Positions 26,743 through 38,379 of a stretch of 64,000 bases of DNA are shown here, piece by piece. Position 1 is the stretch's first letter. Each line of letters opens with the position of its first letter. The position numbers and the translations under genes were made by a program. The notes under the pieces were generated by a model that was not told the origin of the DNA, searched no databases, and saw only the letters and a program-made list of their open reading frames with translations. Source of the DNA: Azolla caroliniana (Eukaryota; Plantae; Polypodiophyta); contig JBHGNT010000009.1 in the NCBI GenBank assembly GCA_043228905.1, forward strand, positions 17,298,001 through 17,362,000, given 5' to 3'.

Positions 26743-27786
26743 AAAAAGAAAAAAGAAAAAAGAAAAAAAAGAATAGTGTGGTCATGGTGGCCCACTAAAT
26801 CTAGAACCCAATAACTATTCAAGCTAGGTCTTAAACAAACTTTCCTTTGGACAAAGATGACCTTTTCACGAACCACTGGGGGCTTGCTCATCACATCACA
26901 TTTATTCACCATGGTGTAATAATTAAGTATGGGTTTTGATTTATTTGTAATAAACTATCACTTACATAATCATGTGCATCCTCGATAAAACTTTTAGATG
27001 TTTAGCATGGAAATATAATTCACATGCAAATATTGGTTAAAAACAACCATAACACACTTGACTTACCAACACAACTAACAAAGGGTCAAAAATAGCAGAA
27101 TTCACTCAATCCCATTATTACAAAATAGCACCTCATGGTCGTATGTTCTATACTACTACTCTAACCTCAATTTCTCCACAATCCCTAGGAAACTTGCGAC
27201 AAGCCATTGAGGTTTGATGCAATCAATGAAATACGTGACCACAAAATCCAATGAATATGATAAATGAATGGAAATTTCACGCGATATAAGCAAAACACTT
27301 GGCTGCATAAAAGCTCAATTAAAATAGGTATTAGGGTGATTACAAACACGGGGATCCATAAAAGCTAGATCACATGAGGCACTCCATGGAGTGATGAAAA
27401 AGAATCATCAATTCCACCACACATGATACAAGTGGGCAGCTAATAGGAGAGCTATTCCAAATATCTATATTGAAGCTCTCCTATTCCAAGGACTACAATT
27501 TCGACCTCTAATACATAGTGATGATATCCACCACTTGTGGTGTAGTAGAGATCTTTGCCTAATAGTAGAGATTGATTGGATCAATACAATCACATAGTAT
27601 ACAAGATGGGAGAGCTTTTGCAAAGACATCCATCTCACAGAATAGCTCATCTCATCCACAGACAGTTGGTAACACTTTAAGTACTACTCTCCCACAAACA
27701 GTTAGTAACATTTCAGTACTACTCTTGGGACCACCCTGAGCCTGAAAGACCTATATGTCACTTGAATTGGGGTGGGGGGCAGGGTG

Positions 27787-29778
27787 TTACGATCCACTTC
27801 CAAGGACCGCGAGGGACATCTTTTCATCGGATTTCTGCTGGTCTCCATCGAGGGCGCATATCGATTTGAGTGTCTTCTCGAGGTGGTAGCCTCCCCCAAG
27901 GGCCACTTCTCGCTCCAAGTGGGAGCAATAGCTCTCGAATACGCTCACGGTGACGTGTAGCCGGAAGTTGAGGCGGAAGAGGAAGTCGAGCTCGAGGGCG
28001 TTCATCTCTCGGGTTGGGATCCCGCCGATCTGGGCATAGTAGGCATTGTCATAGTAGCTGTAGGATCAAAAAAAGACCATGGGAAATCAGCCAACAAACG
28101 GTGTGAGAAACAAGACCATGGGAACCTAGCCAACAAATGGTGTGAGAAACAAGACAATGGTACCCATCCAACCAATGGTGTGAGAAACCAAGACAATGAG
28201 AACCCCATCCACCAAATGGTGTGAGAAACCAAGACCATGGTACCCATCCCAAGCAATCGGAAACAATAGAAAGAAAAGAAGAAAAAAAATAGAAAAAAAG
28301 GAAAAATAGAAAAGAAAATAGATAACCCACACACAGATCAAAATCCCCCCATGTATTATATACCTAGGTATGTGCTCTATCAGCCTTTCTGAACTGAAGA
28401 AAGCCAAAAAGGCCAGTATAGCACACATTCAGAGATGAAACAAACAAAGAGGTCTGTGAATTAAGCAGGTGATGATGCTATGGAGGATGAAGGAAACAAG
28501 CAAAAGATGCAAGTTATGCAGGTGATGCTATGGAGGATGAAGGAAACAAGTAAGAGATGCAAATTAAGCAGGTGATGCTATGGAAGGCGAAGGAAAACGG
28601 AGCAAAAGATGCAAAATTAAGCAGGTAATGCTACGGAGGATGAAGGAAACAAGTAAAAGATGCAAATTATGCAGGTGATTCTATGGAGGATGAAGGAAAC
28701 AAGGAAAAGATGCAAATTAAGCATGTGATGCTATGGAGGATGAAAGAAACAAGGAAAAGATGCAAATTAAGCAGGTGATGCTATGGAAGGCGAAGGAAAC
28801 AAGCAAAAGATGCAAATTAAGCAGGTGATGCTATGGAGGATGAAGGAAACAAGCAAAAGATGCAAATTAAGCAGGTGATGCTATGGAAGGCGAAGGAAAC
28901 AAGCAAAATATGAAAATTAAGCAGGTGATGCTATGGAAGGCAAAGGAAACAAGCAAAAGATGCAAATTAAGCAGGTATTGCTATGGAGGATGAAGGAAAC
29001 CAGCAAAAGATGCAAATTAAGCAGGCATTGCTATGGAGGATGAAGGAATCAAGCAAAAGATGCAAATTAAGCAGGCATTGCTATGGAGGATGAAGGAATC
29101 AAGCAGGTGATGCTATGGAAGGCGAAGGAAGCACTTGAGATTGAGGAGTGGAGGAAAGAGAAGGCACGCGAAACCCTAACGACAGACAGAAAGAGAGACA
29201 CAACAAAAGCATTGGAGAAAGAAAGTAAGATGAAGAAAAGGAAGAAAAAATTGGAGAGACGGAGACAGAGGGAGGACTTACAAGTCATCGAGGAATTTGG
29301 CAGAGAGCAGGATGCTTGAGATGAGGATGCGATGAACATTGAAGGAGTTTATGGAAAGCTCGGGTTGCTGCTGAACCAGACGATCAATGTATGCATACGC
29401 CACAACGAAACAGGAAGGACTGCAATTTGCATACTTAAAGATCCTCTCCAGGTACTGTTCGATACTGATGGTCGGCACCCGAACACCACAGAAAGCTCCC
29501 AAAGTCCTCTTTGAAGGAGGAGATGATGATGATCTCGATGGAGATGGCGATGGCGATGGCGAATTCGATGAGAGCCTCTCATTCCGAGCCACAACTCGCT
29601 CTAGCAGAGAAGAGAGCACAGATATAATCAGGGAAGGAGAGCGAGAATTCTTTGAAGGTGTATAACTGGCTATGGCGAAATCTGCGAGAGCTTCGGGAGA
29701 GTAAAGATCAGATCTAATGCTGCGAGGCGATATTTCATCTTCCTCGTAACCATGAGTAATGTGAGGTTGGGAAACCAT
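27787..29778 (-). CDS. CYCU2: U/P-type (PHO80-like) cyclin, CYCU2/CYCP3-like, 255 aa. Exons 29282-29778 and 27787-28057
   Basis: A GT-AG phase-2 intron joins KFLDD-F-YYDNAYYAQIGG. Motifs: ISPRSIRSDLYS, YLERIFKYANCSPSCFVVAYAYIDR, NVHRILI, ELDFLFRLNFRLHV, LEREVALGGGY. The first in-frame ATG is at 29778; the ORF-track start at 29871 is a TTG. Confidence 0.93.
28070..28250. repeat. Intronic minisatellite, ~38-40 bp, 4-5 copies
   Basis: 'ggtgtgagaaac(c)aagac(c/a)atg' is repeated. Confidence 0.85.
28430..29130. repeat. Intronic minisatellite, ~49-51 bp, ~13 copies
   Basis: Unit 'gcaaaagatgcaaattaagcaggtgatgctatggaggatgaaggaaacaa', with an interleaved 'ggaaggcgaagg' variant. Confidence 0.95.
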
Positions 29779-30550
29779 GTCTGGCGCTGGCGTGCCTGTT
29801 TGCGAGGAGCCAGGAGAAGTACAAAAAAAAGAGTTCCTCGTGAATGAAGGAAGGAAGAAGCGGTCGAGCAAAAACAGTTACTCAGGGAAAGAAGAACCCG
29901 GGGGGAGCTAATTGTCGAAGAAGAAGAAGAAGAAGAGGAAGAGAGACTAAATGGCTTCTCGATTGAGGTGGAATTCACAGCAGAAATGGAGAGGATAAGC
30001 AGAGAACATGGGGATGAGAGGGAAGGCGGATCAATGTTGAAGGGTGAAGGAAGGAAGAGATGAGACAGAGAGAGAGAGAGAGAGAGCTCTGGTTAGTAGC
30101 TTTAATGGCGAGTACACTGTGGGGAATGTAGATTTAGGCAGGTGCAGGGAATGCTTGCTAGATTTAGTTGATTCAGAAGGGACTTTTGGTAGGGGGGGGA
30201 TTTGGTTACTGGTTCTGCAGGAGAGGAAGAATGGGGGGGACACAGGCTATGGAGGGCAAAGGAAGGCTGAGACAGAGAGAGAGACAGGGAAGAAGAAGCT
30301 CAATTTCGATGGAGGAGTTGCTATGTCCCGCTTAAAGGGCGAGCTTTACTGGCGGAACAGAGTCAGAGTCAGAGAACTACACAGACAGACAGACAGGACA
30401 GACAGGACAGACTCGCAGACGCAGAGAGAGAGAGAGAGAGAGAGAGAAAGATTGTTTAGGCAGGATTCGAACTCGCAACCTCTATTTGCGAAGAGGCATT
30501 CTCACTCTATTTCCGAAGACGCATTTGAGAGAGAGAGAGAGAGAAGCTGC

Positions 30551-30674
30551 TTTTATTTATATATAGTGAAAAGCCCAGAGACAGACCAGGTTCGTCTATC
30601 CGACGTGGCAGATAGCCACACGTCCGTGGGCTTACGTGGCCGCGCGACACCTGTCTCTTTATTTTTGCATATGC
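30551..30674 (-). promoter_or_regulatory. Putative cyclin core promoter: TATA box, ABRE/G-box cluster and P1BS-like site
   Basis: CTATATATAAATA on the minus strand at ~30554-30566, next to GA-repeat tracts. ACGTGGC at ~30603 and ~30634, CACGTC at ~30619, GCATATGC (GNATATNC) at 30667-30674. Confidence 0.5.
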
Positions 30675-31229
30675 TCAATTTCTTTAAGCTCTTTCTTCTT
30701 TCTTTCTTTTTCCCTTTTTTATTTCTTTTTTGTTTCCCGCCAATTTTTTTGTGTAGCCTTTTTATTTTCTCGATTTTTATTTATTTTTATTTTCTCGAAT
30801 TTTTACGCTTATTGTTTTTTTACATTCTCTTTTTTCCTTTTCCTTAAAATTTTTGTGTGTTTTTTTTTTTGTCGATTTTTTATGCTTATTGTTTTTTTGC
30901 ATTCTCTTTTTTCTGTTTTCTTTTTTGCTTTTCCTTTTGTTTTTTATTGGCTTTTCTTTGTTTTTTTCTCCATTAGTTTTCGTTTTCTCTTTTTGCTATT
31001 TCTTTTGCTTCAACTATAAACAAAAAAAGGATGTTTTTTCATTAATCTCAGCTCACGTAAAACAATTTATTTTTGCTTTCTGCTTTTCTTAAAGCTTCGC
31101 CTTTTGCTTTTAGAAGTTTCCATGCTGATAATAATGTTTGAGTACCCTGCTTTTTGCTTCTTCTCTTCTCCTTTTTATTTAATCTAGGTTGTTTAGACTA
31201 CTAAAGTTCAATGTCATCACAATCATCCA

Positions 31230-31480
31230 TCCGTTTCCACTACACTTCACTCACTCATTAGTTGATAATGTAGTTTGAAGGATAAATATACTCTTTCTTG
31301 GATGGTTTTACTGGTCATAATCAAGTGAAAATTCACTCCACAAAACCAAGCTAGAATTGTGTTCATGTCACATCATAAAATGATGTGTTCATGGCCAAAA
31401 TGTTGTTGTTTAGAGTCTGGACTAAGGAACATTCCAAGCATTTCACATCAACTATTTGAGTGGTTGCATGAAGTATTTGT
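31230..31480 (+). mobile_element. Ty3/gypsy RT relic
   Basis: YSFLDGFTGHNQVKI motif at ~31288-31333. Confidence 0.6.
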
Positions 31481-32432
31481 AGTTGATTGTAAATTGTAGG
31501 ATTAAGTGAGACCTAAGGAACAAGTCTAAGTTCTAAGTGACCATGGACAATTGTCCAACTAAGGGCGAACTCGATGAACAGACAAGGATGTATGAAAGTT
31601 AGTGCATGCACTTACAAGGAGAATTGAAGGAAGTAGACTGGCATTGTCCACACACCATCAAGGGTTCCAACATTAAAGCAAGCCATGGGAATTTTGTTCT
31701 CACATCATTACGAGGTGACACAAGTTTGAAGACCAAACAACAAGAAAACCAAATGAAGAGTTCAAGAAGAAGCTAAAACAAGGCCAAACAAAGGCTACGG
31801 TCTATTGTGAAAATGATTAATATTTTAGCATAATCTATTATGTATCCATTAAGAGAAAAGACACATTCTAAGTATAGGATGCATATTCAAGGGAAGCTCC
31901 ACAATTATGCAAGTGTTGAAAAAGACAGAGGGATAACAAATCATGAACGATGGAAGAGAGGAAGGGTATCACACGATGAGATCTAGTTATGGTTCTATAT
32001 GTTGAATCATCATATGGTTGACCATACGACAACAACATGCATTGTATTGGAAAATGCAAAAATGTTCACAAAGTTGTCGCATGCAATGAAGTTGTAGTGC
32101 TACCTATAAGAATTTAATAGGAGGTTTCAACCGCAATGTAGAGAAGAGACCTAACATAGAAATAGATAATGATACATTTGACACAATAGAGAGAGAGAGA
32201 GAGCAAAGGAAACAAAAAATGGGTTGGGTCAATGATTATTTGCCATTTAGGAAGTTCATGGCATATCATATTGGAGTATTTAGGGAGATGCCTTCCATTA
32301 GAAAGATGAAACTTGAAATCCTGCAACTTGAGACTTTGGCGAGTACATTGGCATGTTTTATGAAATGGGAGGATAACTTCAAGTATAATCTAATCATATG
32401 GGTCAATTAGGTTTCGGTTACTATAGGGGATG

Positions 32433-35400
32433 TGTTAAGGGAAATCATGTCCTATTTCTTAAGTTGTAACAAACCCTATAGTGTTTTAGTATTTTCAATC
32501 TCAACTATTGCTCATAAGCCAAATGTATGCAAGAAACATGTTGAGAGTCAAACTCAACTTCCCATAGAGATAGGTTTCACACTAGCTCATGGACATACCC
32601 GGCTAGCTTTGTAAATAGTTGAAAGGGCACGTGCCCTAGCCTAGTTGGTATTTAAACCAACCTTTTGTAACTTAGTGACTGGTTGGAAGTAATATACAGT
32701 TTCTTGTTTGATCTGTGTGTGTGTTACACACACACACAATCATCTTCCACTGCACTAAATCTTTCTCGTTTCTTTACATGGTATCAGATCGTATGGTTAA
32801 CTGATCAAACTCGCTCAATTGTGCTGTGATCACAACACCGACGATCATCAGAACCGGTTCAAGCAATAGAGAAGAAATTGAAATCATGAACACTCATATG
32901 GGAAGCGCTCTTCCTACAGGGAAGCTAGATCGAACAAACTTCGCATCTTGGGATTACAAGATGCATCAATACCTTGTTGGACAAGGCTACTGGAGCTATA
33001 TTAAAGGTGCCCACGAAATGCCGACTACCCAAATTGGGAGCAGGCCGCAAACCGTGTGTTGTACTGCCTTACATCATGCGTTCATGATCATATGCTTGGC
33101 TACATTCGAGAGTTGAAAACGCCGAAAGAGGCGTGGGGCAATCTCAAGAAGATTTTCGCAACCAACACGGCTGCACATAAACTCCAACTCCAACAGGAGC
33201 TCAATAGTATTTGTTGAGCGAGCAAGCTCAACCGGATCCGGATCGGCATCCGGAAACAACCTATCGGATCGGGGAGACAGATCGGAGAGCCGGATTCGAG
33301 TGGGAATTGGAAGCCTAGTAGTAGCCTAGACTACTAGGTAATCATTGTCTCGTAGTTAGTGTCAGTTTCATGTAGGAATATTGAAGTACCTGTCAGTACT
33401 TTTGTCAGTCCTTTATGGACTTGTATAAATAGTGTTGTTTAGCACGTTGTATGTATAGAGTTACAAAGTATTTTCATTTTTTTGAATCTACGCTTACGTT
33501 CTGCTCTCCCACATATACTCTTTGTATACTAAACTTCTCCATTAAACCTTCATCTTATTCTCTGTTGCTATTCGGCTGAGCCAGTTTTGTCTAATGCTTC
33601 CGCACGTTTACATTCACAGTATTCAATAGAGGGACATGTCAATCGACACATACACCTTGAAGATCAAGGAGTTGTGCAATGCCCTCAGGTTGATTAATGT
33701 CGTCATTGATGATGAAGAAATGGCACAAATATGCCTTGGAGGCTTGGCACCTCGATTCAGTGGAATAAAATCGGCCATTCTCGCAAGAGAGAATCCTCCC
33801 TGCTTCTTCGATCTCCAGTCGATATTGCTGGTCGAAGAAAATCATGTTTTGACAAAAGAACAACTCACATTATGGTTAGATGCTCTATTCGAACCTCAGT
33901 GGAGGAAGAGGACAAGGTTGAGGAAATAGAGGCCAATTCGGACGAGGCTGACACAACCAAGAGCAACTCCGTGAAAACAACTTCTACTACCGACAAGACA
34001 CGTCAAACACACGAGGCGGAGCATCTAAAAGAAGGGGGAGCCATCCTGCCGAACCAAGCAATCGTAATAGCCTGATCGAATGTGGGTACTACGGAAAACT
34101 CGGCCACTACGAAGAGGAGTGCCGAAAGAAGAAGCGAGACTCCACTTCGACCAGTCGACAACTCACGAATTAGGCATCGAATTCCGACTACGACAATCAT
34201 AGCAGAATGTTCATGATGAGGCACAAAGCGCATTCAATGGTAACACAAGGCAAAATAAGCACCACACCCTCAGATAATGTATGGTTTGTTGACTCAGGAG
34301 CATCCAATCATATGACATTTCATAAAGATTGGTTCCGAGAATTACGAAAGCCAGAACGGCTCGGATATGTCGAAACAGGCGATGACACGACGCATTCAAT
34401 ACGGCATATCGGGAACATCCCATTCGGAAACGACGGCAAACGAACCTACCTAAAAAACGTCCTGCATGTCCCAACCATCACAAAAAACCTGGTCTCGATT
34501 GGCCAGATTGTCGAACAAGGCATGCAAGTACGATTCAACATTGACAAATGCTTCATAATTTGAAAAAGACGATCGAATTGTAGCTCACGGCCGTCAAGGA
34601 GGCTAAATGTTCATCCTCAAGTCGAACGAGGTGAAGTTCGCTATGTTTGCTAATGGCATCAAAGTCGAAACTGAATTGAAACTGTGGCACAAGCGAATTG
34701 GCCACATCAACCTCCAGAAGCTCCAGAATATGCAATCGAAAGGAGTCGTAATCAGACTCCTGAACTTTACCAAGAAGGAGATTACGAGCCTATGCGAGGT
34801 GTACCAATTCAGAAAACAACGCCAACATCCATTTACAAAAGAGCAGAATGGGAGCAAAGGGATCCTGGATGTTGTACATTCAGATGTATGGGGCCCGACA
34901 CAGACAACCACACTCGGCGGATGCCGATATTATGTCACGTTCATCGACGACTTCTCCAGGCACACCTAGATCTACCCGATGAAACACAAGAGTGAAGTGT
35001 TCGGCCACTTCCAAAGGTTCAAAAATGAAGTCGAAAAGGCTACGGGATGACACGTACAATGTCTTCAATCAGATGGAGGCAAAGAATACTTCTCGGACAA
35101 ATTTACGGCGTATCTCCGAAAGGAAGGAATTCAACAAGAATTCTCATGTCGGCACACACCTCAGCAAAACGGTGTAGCCGCGCGGAAAAATAGACACATA
35201 GTAGAGGTTGCACTGGCGATGAAGAACGAGAAGAACCTACCGAAATCGTACTGGGCAAAAGCGGATAACACAATCGTAACCTCATGAATAGGTGTACAAC
35301 CTTAGGGGTAAATGATGTAACCCCGTATGAGCTGATTTTCAGAAAGAAGCCGGAGTTATCACATGTGCGTATTTTTGGCTCAATTGCCTATGTGTATATT

Positions 35401-37620
35401 CCCGACGAGATGCGACAAAAGCTCGACCCGAAGTCGGAGAAATGTATCCTCGTAGGATACTCACTAGAGAAAAAGGGGTACAAGTGCTATAACCCCTCGA
35501 CTCGAAAAGCACAAGTAAGTCGAGACGTCGTTTTCGACAACTCTGCATCCTGGTACGCACCAAAGACAACTTCGACTCCGATTCCACTCGATCCGGAATT
35601 TTCCGAAATGGAGATAGAAGACAAAGATCGGCTCACGTGCATGTTCAAAGAAAGCCCGATTACGACAAGGCTTAGTGGGTCACAAGAGCCTCGGAGCGAT
35701 CAAAGCACATCTTGGCCGAGTCCGAAGCTCGACAAAGGGAAGGCGAAAATGCTAGAATATGAAAACCTAATGGACAATGAGTCAACTCACACTAAGTTCG
35801 AAGGCCTCGACATCTAGAAAAATGGAGCGAAGAAAGCCATTGCGGCTGCAAACGAAAAACTCCGTCAATCCACCCATGGAAAGAACCCTGTAAGCCGATA
35901 CGTCTACGATGAGTACATGGCATACCACTATGCCTTTATGATGAAGGTTGCTACTGTACAAGAGCTAGAAACCTTTTCCGAAAGCCGCCAAGGACCCGCA
36001 ATGGGTCGACGCGATGAATGAAGAAATGCAAGCCTTATGCATAAACGAGACATGGGATCTCGTTTCTCAATCTCTGCACAAGAAAACGATTGGATGCAGA
36101 TGGATTTACAAAGTGAAACACAATGCCGACGACTCCGTAAATCACTTCAAAGCATGACTCGTAGCGAAAAGATACGCACAAACACATAGAGTTGACTACG
36201 AAGAGACCTTTGCCCCGGTGGCAAAGATGACAACTGTGCGGACCGTGTTCGCACTCGCAATAGCAAAAGGATGGCACCTCCACCAGATGGACATCAACAA
36301 CGCCTTTCTTCAAGGAGAATTGGAAGAAGAGGTGTACATGGTACAACCACCCGACTTTGAATCGTGTACTCATCCAAAAGCCGTGTGCCGGTTCAAGAAG
36401 CCGATCTACGGTCTTAAGCAAGCACGACGTGCTTGGCATTCGAAGATCACGCAATATCTTCACCAAATCGGATTTCGAATGTCGAACTCGGACAACTCCC
36501 TGTACATTTGAAACGAGTTGAACAACCCGATTGTCATCATCCTATACGTGGATGATTTGGTAGTCGGAGGATTAAATCCAACCGAAGTCAATAAGGTGAA
36601 ATCACTACTATCTGGTAGATCTGAAATGAAAGATATGCACGAGCTCCATTACTTCATTGGTATCGAAGTAATTCGGACACCAGTCGGGATACTGATCTCT
36701 TAACGGTACTACGTTCTCAACTTACTCTACAAGTTCGGAATGACCAAGTGCAAACCTGTGTCTACCCCTCTCGACCGAAATCTCAAGCTCGATGTCGAGT
36801 CGGGCACAACCAAGTGCGATCTAACTCAATATCGACATCTGATCGGCAACCATCACACAACCCGACCTCAGCTATTCAGTCGGCCTACTTAGCCAATTCA
36901 TGTAGAACCCTCGAAATGATCATCTCGATTGTGTTAAGAGGATACTTTGGTATGTCAGTACGACATAACGGTACACAGACGCAGACTAGGCCGGTTATAA
37001 GGCCGATAGACGATCCACCTCCGGATTCGTCTTCTCCCTCGGCAGCGGAGAGATCTCCTGGAGCAGCAAGAAACAACTGACAATTGCACTATCGAGCACG
37101 GAGGCCAAATACAGGGGCGCGATAGTCGCCGCATGTGAAGCCGTATGGCTGAAGCGCTTACTGAAGGATCTGGGCGTATCCATCAAAGATCCATTTTGCT
37201 TGTATTGCGACAACATGAGCAATATTTACCTAGCTCGCAACCCCGTATTTCACGCGCGGACTAAACACATCGAAGTGCACTACCACTTCATTCGTGAGCG
37301 CGTTTAGGCCGGCGACATCGATCTACAACACAATAGTACGATCCTTCAAGTTGCTTATATCTTTACGAAGGCATTAGGCGTTGACAAGCTCGGGCAATTC
37401 GCATCCAACCTTGGTCTCACGATATCTACATTGCCGAGCTTGAGGGGGAGTACAACAACCAACACGGAAGTAGCCGATCAGTTGATTGAAGCCGACCAAG
37501 CGAGTCGAAGTACGATGGCAACAGTCGAGCCGAACAAGGAACATGAAGCCGAACAATTAAGTTTGAGGATGACGATAGCCGAAAGCCGATTCTTTCAAAT
37601 CGAAGTACTCTGAAGATTGA
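32433..37620 (+). mobile_element. Degenerate Ty1/copia element of a second family: 5' LTR 32433-32778, PBS 32779-32788, gag-PR-INT-RT-RH, PPT-like tract ~37441-37450; no matching 3' LTR
   Basis: TGTTAAG...TTTACA followed by TGGTATCAGA. gag KLDRTNFASW, protease WFVDSGASNHMT, integrase HSDVWGP/FIDDFSR, RT IYGLKQA/LYVDDL, RNase[11 protein letters not shown]. Many stops and frameshifts. Confidence 0.92.
33212..33618. mobile_element. Solo LTR (407 bp) inserted in copia gag
   Basis: TG...CA termini with a 5-bp TSD GTATT (33207-11, 33619-23). Removing it rejoins gag QELNSI-Q*RDMSIDTY. Confidence 0.88.
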
Positions 37621-38379
37621 ACTGAAACAACTTTTCAACAAATGGAAGTTGTGTTCGAAGGGGCTTGCTTGTGCCCTAAGCTCTTGTCTCACATCTTATT
37701 TGACAAACAACTAGATGAGATGGGCTCTAGCATGTATTGATGTACTATGTGGTTTCCTCATTTGACAAAGAACATAATTTTATAGTTAGGTGCAACATAT
37801 GTAGTATAATGTGTGAAGTGTGATCATGCACTCTTTCCCATGTCATGATACATCGGAGCTACAAAAAGGCCTCATCCGTAGAGGAATCTACTAATGCATC
37901 ATGAAGCAAGTGTATTGTGTCCCATCTTTCAAACAATTTTTTCCATATATTGTATCCAATCAAAAACACAAAAAACTTCTTTTATGTGTCTTTTTTATGT
38001 TTTTGCATACTTTTGATAAGATTCTAGGAAGTCGATGTGAGGGAGGTCTTTGAACCTTAAGCATGTATTCAACAACCCTTGGCCATGATCTCAATGGTTA
38101 GTGATACCTCCTCAAGAAGTAAGAGGGTGGGGTGTATGACATTTGTTTCTTGACTTGGTGAAACTTTGTCAGAAAAATCTTTTGGACATTTGGAAACTCT
38201 CTCCAACTGGAATCATGGATGTTGCGTCCACCCCAAAGAGGACCATCGGTATCATCCAAGTGTCGAAAAGGTATTTCTTGAGGACCCAACACTTAATTTC
38301 TCCATTATAGTATGTGTTCTCAAATGCATAACATACACTCTTTCTTGCCTCTAAGTAGCAGGTAGCACATTCATTCCAT

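Noticed and set aside
28430-29130. CRISPR-like regular repeats (also 56955-57546 and 1-330)
   Set aside because: No unique spacers and no cas genes; these are eukaryotic minisatellites.
29779-29871. N-terminal extension of the cyclin in the ORF track
   Set aside because: It starts at TTG. The first ATG is at 29778 and homology begins after it.
30044-31092. 267-aa and Phe-rich ORFs upstream of the cyclin
   Set aside because: They arise from GA microsatellites and T-rich low-complexity sequence.
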